Assembly (NCBI GenBank): GCA_002376005.1
Contig: DFNJ01000022.1
Location: 42,434 to 106,433 of the forward strand
Origin: Firmicutes bacterium UBA3570
Lineage (GTDB): Bacteria > Bacillota > Sulfobacillia > UBA3561
DNA length: 64,000 nt
Reading direction: 5' to 3'
The notes beneath the pieces are model-generated. The model made no database searches, had not been told where the DNA came from, and saw only the letters and a program-made list of their open reading frames with translations. A program made the translations under genes and the position numbers. Position 1 is the stretch's first letter; each line of letters begins with the position of its first letter. Shown here piece after piece: positions 9,388 through 18,731 of the stretch.

Positions 9388-10100
9388 CAGTCGGGTCTGC
9401 CTCCTCGTCCCAGGAACACATCCAGGTCGTCCACCCACCAGCCACCGGCCATCATGAACCCCTCCGCCGCCTCCACCCCCCGCAGGGCGCCGAAGTACCG
9501 GTCCCGGGCGAGGATGTACTGCAGGTAGGCAGGCCGGTTGAGAACGGTAACGCGGCGACCGCGCGGACAGAACTGCGAACGGTAGGTGGCCAGCGCCTTC
9601 CTCTTGAGGTGGTGAACGCCACTGACGTCTACCAGCACCTGGGGATGCGTATGCTCGTTGATGAAGTACTGCAAGATCACCCGCGGTCGCCAGGGTTCCC
9701 CCGGAACCCGGTACCGGGGGAGGCCGGCCAGGTGTGCTGCCCGGGGGAGCAACTGGCCCGCCACCTGATGATCGGGGTGCCGGTCCCGGTGGTACGGGCC
9801 CATGAGGATCTGCGGCCGGTGGCTTCTTACCGCCGCCACCACCTGCCGGAGCGACGAGGCCGCTTCCAGCTGCCCGTCGGGCAACCCCGCGCAGTGCCGC
9901 TCGGCTACCCCCAGAAGCCGGGCCGCCTGGCGGGCTTCCGCCTCTCGTTCCTCAGGGCTGGCGTTGCTGGCCATCTCTCCCCGCGTCAGGTCCAAGATGA
10001 CCACCCGCCAGCCCTGCGAGGCGGCCAGCGCCAGGGTTCCGCCGCACCCCAGCTCGGCGTCGTCTGGGTGGGGCGCGATCACCAGCAGCGTGCGCTCCAT
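9387..10100 (-). CDS. bshB1: N-acetyl-alpha-D-glucosaminyl L-malate deacetylase BshB1 (LmbE/PIG-L family)
   Basis: LLVIAPHPDDAELGCGGTLA PIG-L signature; start trimmed to MERTLLV (ORF over-extended in the track); bshB1-bshA order as in B. subtilis. Confidence 0.75.
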   Translation of the reverse strand: MERTLLVIAPHPDDAELGCGGTLALAASQGWRVVILDLTRGEMASNASPEEREAEARQAARLLGVAERHCAGLPDGQLEAASSLRQVVAAVRSHRPQILMGPYHRDRHPDHQVAGQLLPRAAHLAGLPRYRVPGEPWRPRVILQYFINEHTHPQVLVDVSGVHHLKRKALATYRSQFCPRGRRVTVLNRPAYLQYILARDRYFGALRGVEAAEGFMMAGGWWVDDLDVFLGRGGRPD

Positions 10101-10156
10101 TCCTTCCGCTCCTCCTGCAGGAAAGTGCTTCTGCGCGTTCGGGCATGTTCCTTCCG

Positions 10157-10185
10157 TTGACGCAAACAACTGTTCGTGTTATGAT
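10157..10185 (+). promoter_or_regulatory. Sigma-A-type promoter for mrfA: TTGACG -17- TATGAT
   Basis: -35 TTGACG at 10157-10162, 17-nt spacer, -10 TATGAT at 10180-10185, then RBS GGGAGAGG 7 nt before the GTG at 10208. Confidence 0.45.
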
Positions 10186-10207
10186 CGAGTTCGGGAGAGG
10201 ATGAACG

Positions 10208-12466
10208 GTGGGGCAGTTTTGGGAGTTCCTGCTCGGCAATGAGCGGTTTCGCCGTAACCTGACCGCCTACCGGACGATTCCACCACAAACGCCGCACTGG
10301 GCCGATTTTCCCGCCGATTTGGATCCCCGGCTGCCCCGCGCACTGGCAGAACTGGGCATCCGAAGGCTGTATTCCCATCAGGCAGAAGCCTGCCGGGAAG
10401 CGATGAGAGGGCGCGATGTGGTGGTGGTCACCCCCACCGCCTCCGGCAAGACCCTCTGCTACAACTTGCCGGTGCTGGATGCGGTCCTGAAGAATCCCCA
10501 GACGCGGTCGCTTTACCTGTTCCCCACCAAGGCACTCTCCCAGGATCAGCTGGACGAGCTGCACGGGCTGATAGACCGTCTGCGCGAGCCAATACGCACC
10601 TTCACTTACGACGGTGACACTCCCGCTTCGGCACGGCCCACCATCAGGAAAGCAGCCCAGATCGTGGTCACTAACCCCGATATGCTGCACGTGGCCATCC
10701 TGCCACACCACACCAAATGGCTTCGCTTGTTTCAGAATTTGCGCTACGTGGTGATAGACGAACTGCACCAGTACCGGGGTGTATTTGGCAGCCACGTGGC
10801 TTGTGTCATCCGACGGTTGAACCGGTTGTGCGAATTTTATGGTTCGCGACCGACGTATATTTGCTGTTCTGCCACCATTGCCAACCCGGAGGAGATGGCC
10901 CAGCTTCTGTTGGGGAGACCGGTCCACCTGGTGGACCGGAGCGGTGCACCCAGGGGGGAGAAACACTTCTTCTTTTACAACCCGCCGGTGGTGAACCGAG
11001 AGTTAGGAATTCGCCGTTCCGCCCTGCTGGAGAGCAAGGAAATTGCCGCCCGGCTGGTGGAGGCGGGCGCCCAGACCATAGTGTTCTCCCGCAGCCGGCT
11101 CAACGTGGAGGTACTCTCCACCTACCTGAAGCACCGGTTTCCCCCCGGCCCGGGACAGAGAGAGGTGGTCAGGGGTTACCGGGGGGGATACCTGCCTCGA
11201 GAGCGGCGCGAGATCGAGCGGGACCTCCGGGAGGGACGGATCAAGGCGGTGGTTTCCACCAATGCCCTGGAACTGGGGATTGACATCGGGACCCTCAACG
11301 CTGCGGTGCTATGTGGCTATCCGGGGACTATAGCCAGCACCTGGCAGCAGGCGGGCCGGGCGGGGCGGGGCCAGGGGGCCAGCGTGGCGGTGCTGGTAGC
11401 GTCCAGCAGTCCCCTGGACCAGTTCATCATCACCCATCCCGACTATTTTTTCGCGCGCAGCCCGGAGCACGCCCTGTTGAATCCCGACAACCCGTACATC
11501 CTGGCCAGTCACTTGAAATGCGCGGCCTTCGAACTGCCCTTCCGGGTAGGGGAAAGCTTCGGCGGGCGTGACCCCAGTGAGTACCTGGAGGAGCTGGCCA
11601 AGCATCAGGTGCTTCACCGCAGCGGCGACCGCTACTATTGGGCCACCGAAGGCTTTCCGGCCGAAGAGGTGAGCCTGCGTTCGGCCACCTGGGAAAACTT
11701 CGTGGTGGTGGACATCAGCGACCAGCCCCGGGTCATAGGGGAAGTTGACCGCTTCAGCGCGCCCTTGCTCCTGCACGAGGAAGCCATATACCTTCACGAG
11801 GGGCAGCAATACCAGGTGGAGAAGCTGGACTACCCGGAGAAGAAGGCCTACGTGCGGCGCGTCCGCGTGAACTACTACACCGACGCCCAGCTGGCGGTGG
11901 ACGTGCAGGTGTTGGATGTGCTGGGAGACAGGGCCTCGCAGAGCTACCGCAGCCATTGGGGCGAGGTACTGGTACGGGCCCGCCCCACCATGTTCAAGAA
12001 AATCAAGTTCTACACCCACGAGAATCTGGGCACCGGCCCCATAAACTTGCCCGAAGAGCAGATGCACACCACCGCGTACTGGCTTTGCCTTACTGCCGCG
12101 CCGGCACGAGTGTCTCGTGAGGCCCTCCAGGGAGGATTGGCAGGGGTAGCGCAACTCCTGGCCAACGTGGCACCGCTGTACCTCATGTGCGATCCCGGCG
12201 ATCTGAGGGTTTTCCCCCAGGTGCGATCACCTTTCACCGAACTGCCCACCATATACCTCTATGACCGCTATCCGGGGGGGACGGGCTTGGCGGAACGCGC
12301 CTTCGAGCTGGAACAGCAGCTGCTGGAGGCCGCCGCTGAGCTGCTGGAGGGTTGCTCCTGCGCCTCCGGCTGTCCCTCTTGCGTGGGAGCTCCCCAGGAA
12401 GTGGGGGTGGAGGCCAAGGAGGCGGCACGGGCCATTCTCAGCATGCTGGTGGGTGAGCCGCGGTGA
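10208..12466 (+). CDS. mrfA: DEAD/DEAH-box helicase with C-terminal DUF1998 (MrfA/YprA-like, crosslink repair helicase)
   Basis: 752 aa; helicase motifs (TPTASGKT, DELH, SAT, VSTNALELGIDIG, QQAGRAGR) plus C-terminal four-Cys cluster GCSCASGCPSCVG characteristic of DUF1998. Confidence 0.8.
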   Translation: MGQFWEFLLGNERFRRNLTAYRTIPPQTPHWADFPADLDPRLPRALAELGIRRLYSHQAEACREAMRGRDVVVVTPTASGKTLCYNLPVLDAVLKNPQTRSLYLFPTKALSQDQLDELHGLIDRLREPIRTFTYDGDTPASARPTIRKAAQIVVTNPDMLHVAILPHHTKWLRLFQNLRYVVIDELHQYRGVFGSHVACVIRRLNRLCEFYGSRPTYICCSATIANPEEMAQLLLGRPVHLVDRSGAPRGEKHFFFYNPPVVNRELGIRRSALLESKEIAARLVEAGAQTIVFSRSRLNVEVLSTYLKHRFPPGPGQREVVRGYRGGYLPRERREIERDLREGRIKAVVSTNALELGIDIGTLNAAVLCGYPGTIASTWQQAGRAGRGQGASVAVLVASSSPLDQFIITHPDYFFARSPEHALLNPDNPYILASHLKCAAFELPFRVGESFGGRDPSEYLEELAKHQVLHRSGDRYYWATEGFPAEEVSLRSATWENFVVVDISDQPRVIGEVDRFSAPLLLHEEAIYLHEGQQYQVEKLDYPEKKAYVRRVRVNYYTDAQLAVDVQVLDVLGDRASQSYRSHWGEVLVRARPTMFKKIKFYTHENLGTGPINLPEEQMHTTAYWLCLTAAPARVSREALQGGLAGVAQLLANVAPLYLMCDPGDLRVFPQVRSPFTELPTIYLYDRYPGGTGLAERAFELEQQLLEAAAELLEGCSCASGCPSCVGAPQEVGVEAKEAARAILSMLVGEPR

Positions 12467-13593
12467 ACCCGGATCAGCTGGCTGCGCAATTGGGAAGCTC
12501 CGTGCTTGACGCCGGGAGAGGCCCCTGCTTGGTGAAGAGGGGCTGGCTGGGCGAACTGCACATCAATCTCGGCTGCGAGCAGATCTGGCAGCTGCTGGGC
12601 CTCCGGCGGCCACCAGCGGATGGGATAGTACTGATGGACGCCGAGACCACCGGCTTGGGCTCGGCGGCTGGCGTGTTCATCTTCCTGGTGGGAGTGGCAC
12701 GTTACCAGCACGGACGACTCCATTACAGCCAGTACCTGATGCTTGATCCCGCGTGGGAGCCCTCCCTGCTCGCCGCGCTGGCCGGGGAGCTGGCGACAGT
12801 GCACACCCTGGTGACCTTCAACGGCAAGGCCTTCGACTGGCCGCTGCTGGAAGCCCGGTACGTGCTGTGCAGGATGCAGCATCCCGGGGAACCGGCTCAG
12901 CATCTGGATCTGTTGCACCTCGCGCGCAGGCTGTGGCGGGACATGGTGCCGCGCTGTGCTCTCACCACCCTGGAAGCTGCGGTGCTGGGGCGACCCCGGA
13001 GTTGGGACATCCCCAACCATGAGGTGCCCAAGATGTACTTCGCCTTTCTCCGCCGGCGCGATCCCCACCTGCTGCAACCGGTGCTGGAGCACAACCGCCA
13101 CGACCTGTGGGCGCTGGCACAACTCCTCGGCCTCCTCACCCACCGCCTGCAGAGCGGTGCCAGTTCCCATCCCGAAGAGATGCTGGCCCTCGCGCTGCTG
13201 CATCTGGACCGCGGAAGCCCGGCGCGGGCGGTGGAGTTGGCGGAGCGCAGCTTCCGCCTGAGCGCGGGATGGCTGCGCACCAGGGCGGCCTACGCCCTGG
13301 CGCGCTGCTACAAGAGGTTGGGGCGCTGGCAGCAAGCCGTGGAGCCGCTGCAGGTGCTGGCGCAGTCCAACTCTCCCCGGGCTGCGTGGGCAGCCGTAGA
13401 GCTGGCCAAAATATTCGAACACCGGCTCCACCGCTACCGGGAAGCTCTACACTGGGTGGAACAGGCCCGCCGCCTCCGCGGACAGACCTCGCTGGGGGGA
13501 CAGGCCATCTCATCCACCGCTCTCCGGCAGCGGGAGCTGCGCCTGCGCCAGAAGTTAGCGCGGAGGATGGCCGAGGCGGGCAGCAACAACTAA
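12463..13593 (+). CDS. mrfB: DEDD-family 3'-5' exonuclease with C-terminal TPR-like helical domain (MrfB/YprB-like)
   Basis: Exo motifs VLMDAETTGL, FNGKAFDWPLL, HNRHDLWAL; helical repeat C-terminus; ATGA overlap with mrfA stop (operon). Confidence 0.7.
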   Translation: MNPDQLAAQLGSSVLDAGRGPCLVKRGWLGELHINLGCEQIWQLLGLRRPPADGIVLMDAETTGLGSAAGVFIFLVGVARYQHGRLHYSQYLMLDPAWEPSLLAALAGELATVHTLVTFNGKAFDWPLLEARYVLCRMQHPGEPAQHLDLLHLARRLWRDMVPRCALTTLEAAVLGRPRSWDIPNHEVPKMYFAFLRRRDPHLLQPVLEHNRHDLWALAQLLGLLTHRLQSGASSHPEEMLALALLHLDRGSPARAVELAERSFRLSAGWLRTRAAYALARCYKRLGRWQQAVEPLQVLAQSNSPRAAWAAVELAKIFEHRLHRYREALHWVEQARRLRGQTSLGGQAISSTALRQRELRLRQKLARRMAEAGSNN

Positions 13594-13770
13594 CCCTCGT
13601 GGCCAACCTGTTCGCGTGCCGGCAGGCTCCTCCCCTTCCGGTGCATCCCCGGCCAGTGGTGAGAATTCGCAGTGACCAGGGCTACGCATGCGCGTGGGTC
13701 CCCTGCCAGGCTCAGTCATAGCAGTCACGGGGAGAGAATAGATAATAGCTAGCCTACTGTCTCGGGAGGG

Positions 13771-14514
13771 ATGCCTCCCATGTTGATGATTGTCCTGCGT
13801 CGTTCCACCCGCAAACGCCTACTGGTGCTGGCGGGGCTGTGCGCTCTGGTGGTCCTGGTCACCGCCGCCACCGGTCGCCTTTCCCGCACCGTACTGGGCA
13901 CCGGCCTCCGGCCGCTGTGTAAGGTGGACACGGACAACAAGATCATTGCCCTGACCTTCAACGTCCGCCCCGGGACCGGCAGTCTCACCCGCATCCTGGC
14001 CACCCTGGCTGAAGCGGAGGTGGTCGCCACCTTCTTCCTGTCGGGAGAGTGGGCGGAACAGAACCCCCAGACGGTGCGGCAGATCATCGACGGCGGACAT
14101 GAGATAGGAATCGTCGGCTACCGCGCGGTTCCGCTGGTGCGGCTGTCCAGCGAGGAAATCAGGGAGGAACTGCAGCGCGCCCGCCAGGTGCTTTTGGATG
14201 TCTTCGGTCTCCAGATCCACTATCTGCGACCGGCTGATGGACGCTTCAACGACCAGCTGATCCAGGAAGCCCTGCGCCAGGGACTCACCCCCGTGAAGTG
14301 GTCTTTGGACTCCTGGGACTCCCGCAACGCCAGTGCCGGTTTCTTGGTCCGCCGCGTCATCAGCAGGGCACGGCCCGGTGGCATCGTCCTGCTGCATGCT
14401 GACGACCAGATACCCGCCACTCCCGAGGCGCTGCCCGAAATCATAGGAACCCTCAAGAGTCGGGGCTTCGTGGTCACCACCCTGAGCGAACTCTTACGCT
14501 CCGAGGAGGACTAA
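13771..14514 (+). CDS. Polysaccharide deacetylase family protein (NodB domain, PdaA/PdaB-like)
   Basis: N-terminal TM anchor, NodB-like motifs (ALTFNV..., HEIGIVGY, LLHADD); 247 aa. Confidence 0.8.
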   Translation: MPPMLMIVLRRSTRKRLLVLAGLCALVVLVTAATGRLSRTVLGTGLRPLCKVDTDNKIIALTFNVRPGTGSLTRILATLAEAEVVATFFLSGEWAEQNPQTVRQIIDGGHEIGIVGYRAVPLVRLSSEEIREELQRARQVLLDVFGLQIHYLRPADGRFNDQLIQEALRQGLTPVKWSLDSWDSRNASAGFLVRRVISRARPGGIVLLHADDQIPATPEALPEIIGTLKSRGFVVTTLSELLRSEED

Positions 14515-15059
14515 GGAGAAAGCTGTCGTGCAATGACGCGGGTCTGCTCCAGCAAGCGGTAGCCGGCACGGAGGTCTCCTTGGCCCCGATAGGCGCTGGA
14601 GTGTTCGGCCCAGGCATAAAGTTCTCGGGCTACCTTGCCCAGCCACGCCCTCTCCTGCTGCAGTTGCCCCTGCAGCTCGCCGGACAACGCCAGCAGTGCT
14701 AAGGCCAGGGTGCGTTTGTCCTCACGGACGCGCTCGCCAGCACCTCGGGCCAGGCTGCGACGCAGCCACTGCAGCCGCCGTCGGGCTTCCGCGGGCTCGA
14801 GACCAATCCCTGATTGAGCCAGCCTGGCAATCACTTCCTCTCGCAGGGTTTCCCGGCCCTGCCGTCTGTCCCACAGTGCGAGCACGGCGGGCAGGAGCCG
14901 GTGCGGTTCCAGCAGCGAACCCAGGGCACCATCCAGGCAATCATCGAGGACCTTTTCCGCCAGGTAGATGACCATGTCCCGATCGGCATGCCCGTGGTCC
15001 AGCAGCGCTTTCGCTGCCTCCAGGGGTGCCATGGAGCCCGCGCCAGTATGGGCGGTCAC
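14511..15059 (-). CDS. Hypothetical all-helical protein (182 aa) translationally coupled to the CooC-like ATPase
   Basis: ATGA overlap with upstream gene (15056-15059); stop codon overlaps the stop of the convergent deacetylase gene; no family recognised. Confidence 0.45.
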   Translation of the reverse strand: MTAHTGAGSMAPLEAAKALLDHGHADRDMVIYLAEKVLDDCLDGALGSLLEPHRLLPAVLALWDRRQGRETLREEVIARLAQSGIGLEPAEARRRLQWLRRSLARGAGERVREDKRTLALALLALSGELQGQLQQERAWLGKVARELYAWAEHSSAYRGQGDLRAGYRLLEQTRVIARQLSP

Positions 15060-15844
15060 GACGGTTGCACCTCCGCCCGCAGGCGCCGAGCCAGGACGCC
15101 GATCTCCCGCCGAAGCAACGGGCTGGCCTCCCAGACACCGGTATCGAGCATGTCCGCTCTCCTGAGCTGGGGATCATGGGGCAAACAATGCAGCAGGGGC
15201 AAGTTAAGATGGGCCTCGACGAAATCTCTCTGCTCGGGATCAGCCACCTTATTGGCCACCGCCACCACCCGGCGCAGTCCGAGCTCGCTGGCCAGCGCGG
15301 CCACCGCGTGGGCAGTCTGGAGACTGCGATGGCTGGGCTCCACCACCACCAGCAACCGATCCACTCCATGTGCGGTACCGCGACCCAGATGTTCCAGACC
15401 CGCCTCCATGTCGCAGACCAGCTCTTCCTCGCGGCCCAGCACCAGGTGGCGAAGCATGGCCTTCAGTAGGGCATTCTCCGGACAAGCACAGCCCGCTCCC
15501 CCACCCCGGATACCCCCCATGACCAGCAGTCTGACCCCGCGATCTTCAACCCATAGTTTCTCGGGGAGATCCTCCACCCGAGGGTTGAGGATGAACCACG
15601 ACCCCACCTGACCGGGTCGTGCCCCCGTGCGCTCTCTCACCAGTTCCTCCATGCGGGCAATGGGAGTGATCCTTGCTAACACTTCCTCGGGTATACCCAG
15701 GGCCGATCCCAGGTTGGCATCGGGATCCGCATCCACCGCGATCACTCTGCGGCCTTCTTCTGCCCAGCGTCGGGCCAGGAGGGCGGCAACGGTGGTCTTT
15801 CCTACCCCGCCTTTGCCGGCGATGGCCAGCTTCAAAAGTCCCAC
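15056..15844 (-). CDS. CooC/AcsF-family P-loop ATPase (metal-centre maturation ATPase, MinD/ParA superfamily)
   Basis: Deviant Walker A GKGGVGKT, CooC-specific CxC motif (GGAGCACPEN) and DMEAGLEHLGRGTA segment. Confidence 0.75.
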   Translation of the reverse strand: MGLLKLAIAGKGGVGKTTVAALLARRWAEEGRRVIAVDADPDANLGSALGIPEEVLARITPIARMEELVRERTGARPGQVGSWFILNPRVEDLPEKLWVEDRGVRLLVMGGIRGGGAGCACPENALLKAMLRHLVLGREEELVCDMEAGLEHLGRGTAHGVDRLLVVVEPSHRSLQTAHAVAALASELGLRRVVAVANKVADPEQRDFVEAHLNLPLLHCLPHDPQLRRADMLDTGVWEASPLLRREIGVLARRLRAEVQPS

Positions 15845-15848
15845 CTCC

Positions 15849-16637
15849 TCACGGTTCCCGGCGCACCACCCGAACGTTCATGGGGACCCCGCCGGTGCTC
15901 ACCGGTCCGATGTCAACCCCGCATATCTCGAGATGTAGCACCGCCGGATTGCCCACCCGCAACAACAACTCGGACCGGGCCGTGAAAACCCGCACTTCTG
16001 GCGGCTCCAGGGTCCGTTCCATGACCCGTTCGCCGTCCGCCAGCACCCGTACCCAGCAACGTCCCTGCCAGGTCAGCTTCAATATCAGCTGGGGGGCGTA
16101 GGCCACGTAGGTGACATCGGTGGGGCCCAAGTCCTCCCGGATTACCCGTGGGGGTGGCGCCGGCGGCTCAGCTGGTTGCTCGGGGGCTGGCCCGGGTTCC
16201 TCCCCTGGGGCGGTGGGCGGCTCCGCCGGCTGCCCCCCGGGCTCTCCGGGTACGGCGGGCTGTTGTTCCTCGCGGGCAGAGGACCAGGGGCGAACCACGA
16301 GCAGGATCGCCGCCAACAGGACCGCTACCACCGCAACCACCACCCACCGCCGCGCAAACCGAGCTGGACGGGAAGGTGGAACGACCTCGTTGGCGGGAGT
16401 GCTAGCTTCCGCCCGCTCCTCATACTCTTTCAGGATTGCCCGGGCATCCAGTCCCACGCACTCGGCATAAGCGCGCAGAAATCCCTTCAGGTAGACCTCT
16501 CCGGGCATGACTTCCCACTGTCCTTCCTCCAGGGCCCGCAGGTATTTCTTGCGTATCTTGGTGCGCGCCTGCACGTCGTCGAGACTCAACCCCAGCTCCT
16601 CGCGACGCCGTCGCAGGCGCTCGCCCAGCTGACGCAC
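15849..16637 (-). CDS. rodZ: Cytoskeleton protein RodZ-like (HTH XRE N-domain, TM, Pro-rich linker, C-terminal DUF4115-like)
   Basis: N-terminal LGERLRRRREELGLSLDDVQARTKIRKKYLRALEEG HTH, then TM VVVAVVAVLLAAILLVV and Pro-rich linker; start trimmed to GTG with AGGAGG RBS 9 nt upstream (track ORF overlaps asnS). Confidence 0.65.
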   Translation of the reverse strand: MRQLGERLRRRREELGLSLDDVQARTKIRKKYLRALEEGQWEVMPGEVYLKGFLRAYAECVGLDARAILKEYEERAEASTPANEVVPPSRPARFARRWVVVAVVAVLLAAILLVVRPWSSAREEQQPAVPGEPGGQPAEPPTAPGEEPGPAPEQPAEPPAPPPRVIREDLGPTDVTYVAYAPQLILKLTWQGRCWVRVLADGERVMERTLEPPEVRVFTARSELLLRVGNPAVLHLEICGVDIGPVSTGGVPMNVRVVRREP

Positions 16638-16660
16638 TGGCCAGTCTACCTCCTGTGCCT

Positions 16661-17962
16661 TCACGGGTACAGCCGGTTCAGCATGCGGGGGAAGGGTATG
16701 GCCTCCCGCACGTGACGGAGACCACATATCCAGGCCAGCAGCCGCTCTATCCCCAGGCCGAACCCCGAATGCGGCACCGAGCCGAAGCGCCGTAGGTCCA
16801 GGTACCAGCGATATGCCTCTTCAGGAAGATGGTGTTCTCGGAACTTGCTGACCAGCAGCTCGGAACCGGCCAGACGTTGCCCGCCTCCGATGATCTCCCC
16901 GTAGCCCTCAGGAGCGAGCACGTCCATAGCCAGCACCACTTCGGGGCGCTGGGGGTCGGGTTCCATGTAGAATGCCTTACACGCTGCCGGATAGCGGTGG
17001 ACGACCACCGGACGGTCGAACTCCAGGGAGATGAGCGTCTCCTCCGGCGCCCCGAAATCGTCTCCCCACTCAAACTGGCGTCCCTTGGCCTGCAGGAGCT
17101 GCACCGCCTGGTCATAGCTCAGGCGTGGAAACGGCGGCTTCACGTGAGTCAGCGGTTCCAGCTTGCGGCCCAGCAGTTCCAGCTCCGATCGGCAGTGTCG
17201 CAGCACCTCTTCCGTCACCACCGTCAGCATCTCTTCCGCCAGAGAAATACAATCCTCCAGGTCAGCGAAGGCCATCTCAGGCTCCACCATCCAGAACTCC
17301 ATGAGATGCCGTCGCGTCTTGGACTTTTCCGCTCGGAACGCCGGACCGAAGCAGTAGACCTTGCCCAGGGCCATGGCTGCCGCCTCCATGTACAGCTGGC
17401 CGCTCTGAGTCAGGTAGGCAGAACGACCGAAGTAGTCGGTGCGAAAGAGGGTGGTGGTGCCCTCGCACGCCGCCCCCGTGAGAATGGGGGCATCCACCAA
17501 CACGAAACCTCGCTCATCCAGGAAGTCCCGGCAGGCCTTCACCACCCGATGGCGCACCCTCATTATCGCCACCTGACGCGGGGTGCGCAGCCAAAGATGG
17601 CGATGATCGAGCAGGAACTCGATGCCGTGCTCCTTCAGGCTCAATGGGTACTCTTCCGCCCGCTGAAAGATCTCCAGCGCCGTCACCTGCAGTTCATACC
17701 CACCAGGGGCCCTGGGATCCGCACGCACCGTTCCCCGCACCCGAAGGGAGGACTCCTGAGTCAGCCGGTCTGCCGCCCGGAAGGTCTCCTCATCCACGCT
17801 GTCCCTGCTCACCACCGCCTGCACGAAGCCGGTGCCGTCGCGTAGGATCAGGAACAAGATCTTGCCGCTGGATCGCTTGTTGTACAGCCAACCGCAGACC
17901 ACCACCTCCTGGCCCTGGTGGTGGGCCAGCTGATCAAGGCGTACCGTCTTCACCGCGGGCAT
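16661..17962 (-). CDS. asnS: Asparaginyl-tRNA synthetase (class IIb; cannot exclude archaeal-type AspRS)
   Basis: 433 aa; OB-fold N-domain then class II motifs ([36 protein letters not shown]); true start may be GTG at 17953. Confidence 0.75.
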   Translation of the reverse strand: MPAVKTVRLDQLAHHQGQEVVVCGWLYNKRSSGKILFLILRDGTGFVQAVVSRDSVDEETFRAADRLTQESSLRVRGTVRADPRAPGGYELQVTALEIFQRAEEYPLSLKEHGIEFLLDHRHLWLRTPRQVAIMRVRHRVVKACRDFLDERGFVLVDAPILTGAACEGTTTLFRTDYFGRSAYLTQSGQLYMEAAAMALGKVYCFGPAFRAEKSKTRRHLMEFWMVEPEMAFADLEDCISLAEEMLTVVTEEVLRHCRSELELLGRKLEPLTHVKPPFPRLSYDQAVQLLQAKGRQFEWGDDFGAPEETLISLEFDRPVVVHRYPAACKAFYMEPDPQRPEVVLAMDVLAPEGYGEIIGGGQRLAGSELLVSKFREHHLPEEAYRWYLDLRRFGSVPHSGFGLGIERLLAWICGLRHVREAIPFPRMLNRLYP

Positions 17963-18731
17963 CTTCCCCCTCGTCTTGGGCGATGAATGCTCGGAGGAAC
18001 TCCTCCGCCCGGTCCAGCGCTACCCGGATTATCTCTTCCCCCAGCTCGCGGCTGGCCCGGGAGGCATCGCCCAGGGCACCATTGCTGGTGATTTCATCGA
18101 AGGTCGCAGCCACCTCGATGGCCCGGCTCCACTCCCGCGCCCAGTGTTTGCGCCCCCATTCGGTGATCTTTCCCGCCGCCAGCTGATCCTGCTTGACCGT
18201 GCGGGGCGCCAGATACAGCCCCTGGGATACCTCGTTCTCGCACGCGTGGCCAAGCAGCGGGGAACTGGTGCGCTCTCGAATCACATCCCCTGCCAGGCTG
18301 GTGAAGGAAGTCCAGGCCGCCCGCACGTCGGTGTCCTTCCTCAAGCGACCCATCAGCAGGGTGAGGGCGGCGCGATTGCCCCCGTGGCCATTGACGAAGA
18401 AAAAGTGCTTGATGCCGTGCCGTCGCAAGGAGCGCACTATTTCCTCACACACCCGCATGAAGGTCTCGGGCTCCAGGCTAATGGTACCGGGAAAGTTCAG
18501 GTGATGGGGCGACACCCCAAAGGGCACCGGCGGTACCACCAGTGCCGCCTCGCCCAGCCGTGCCCCCAGCAGCTTGGCGAACTCGTACGCGCGGGCGGTG
18601 TCAGTTTCAAACGTCATGTTGGGGCCATGCTGTTCGGTCGACCCCACCGGTATCAGGGCAACCTTGATCTCCCTGAGCTTCTCCGCCAATTCGGGCCAGG
18701 AAAGATCCCACAGGATTACAGGCTGACTCAT
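17934..18731 (-). CDS. Creatininase-family amidohydrolase (paralog A)
   Basis: 265 aa; creatininase-family signature [13 protein letters not shown]...[13 protein letters not shown]...FVNGHGGN; ATGA overlap with UPF0182 gene. Confidence 0.75.
   Translation of the reverse strand: MSQPVILWDLSWPELAEKLREIKVALIPVGSTEQHGPNMTFETDTARAYEFAKLLGARLGEAALVVPPVPFGVSPHHLNFPGTISLEPETFMRVCEEIVRSLRRHGIKHFFFVNGHGGNRAALTLLMGRLRKDTDVRAAWTSFTSLAGDVIRERTSSPLLGHACENEVSQGLYLAPRTVKQDQLAAGKITEWGRKHWAREWSRAIEVAATFDEITSNGALGDASRASRELGEEIIRVALDRAEEFLRAFIAQDEGEDARGEDGTP

Noticed and set aside
10163-10179. Cheo/LexA box in the mrfA promoter spacer (ACAACTGTTCG)
   Set aside because: Half-sites are CAAC and GTTC with a 1-nt spacer, not GAAC-N4-GTTC; not palindromic.
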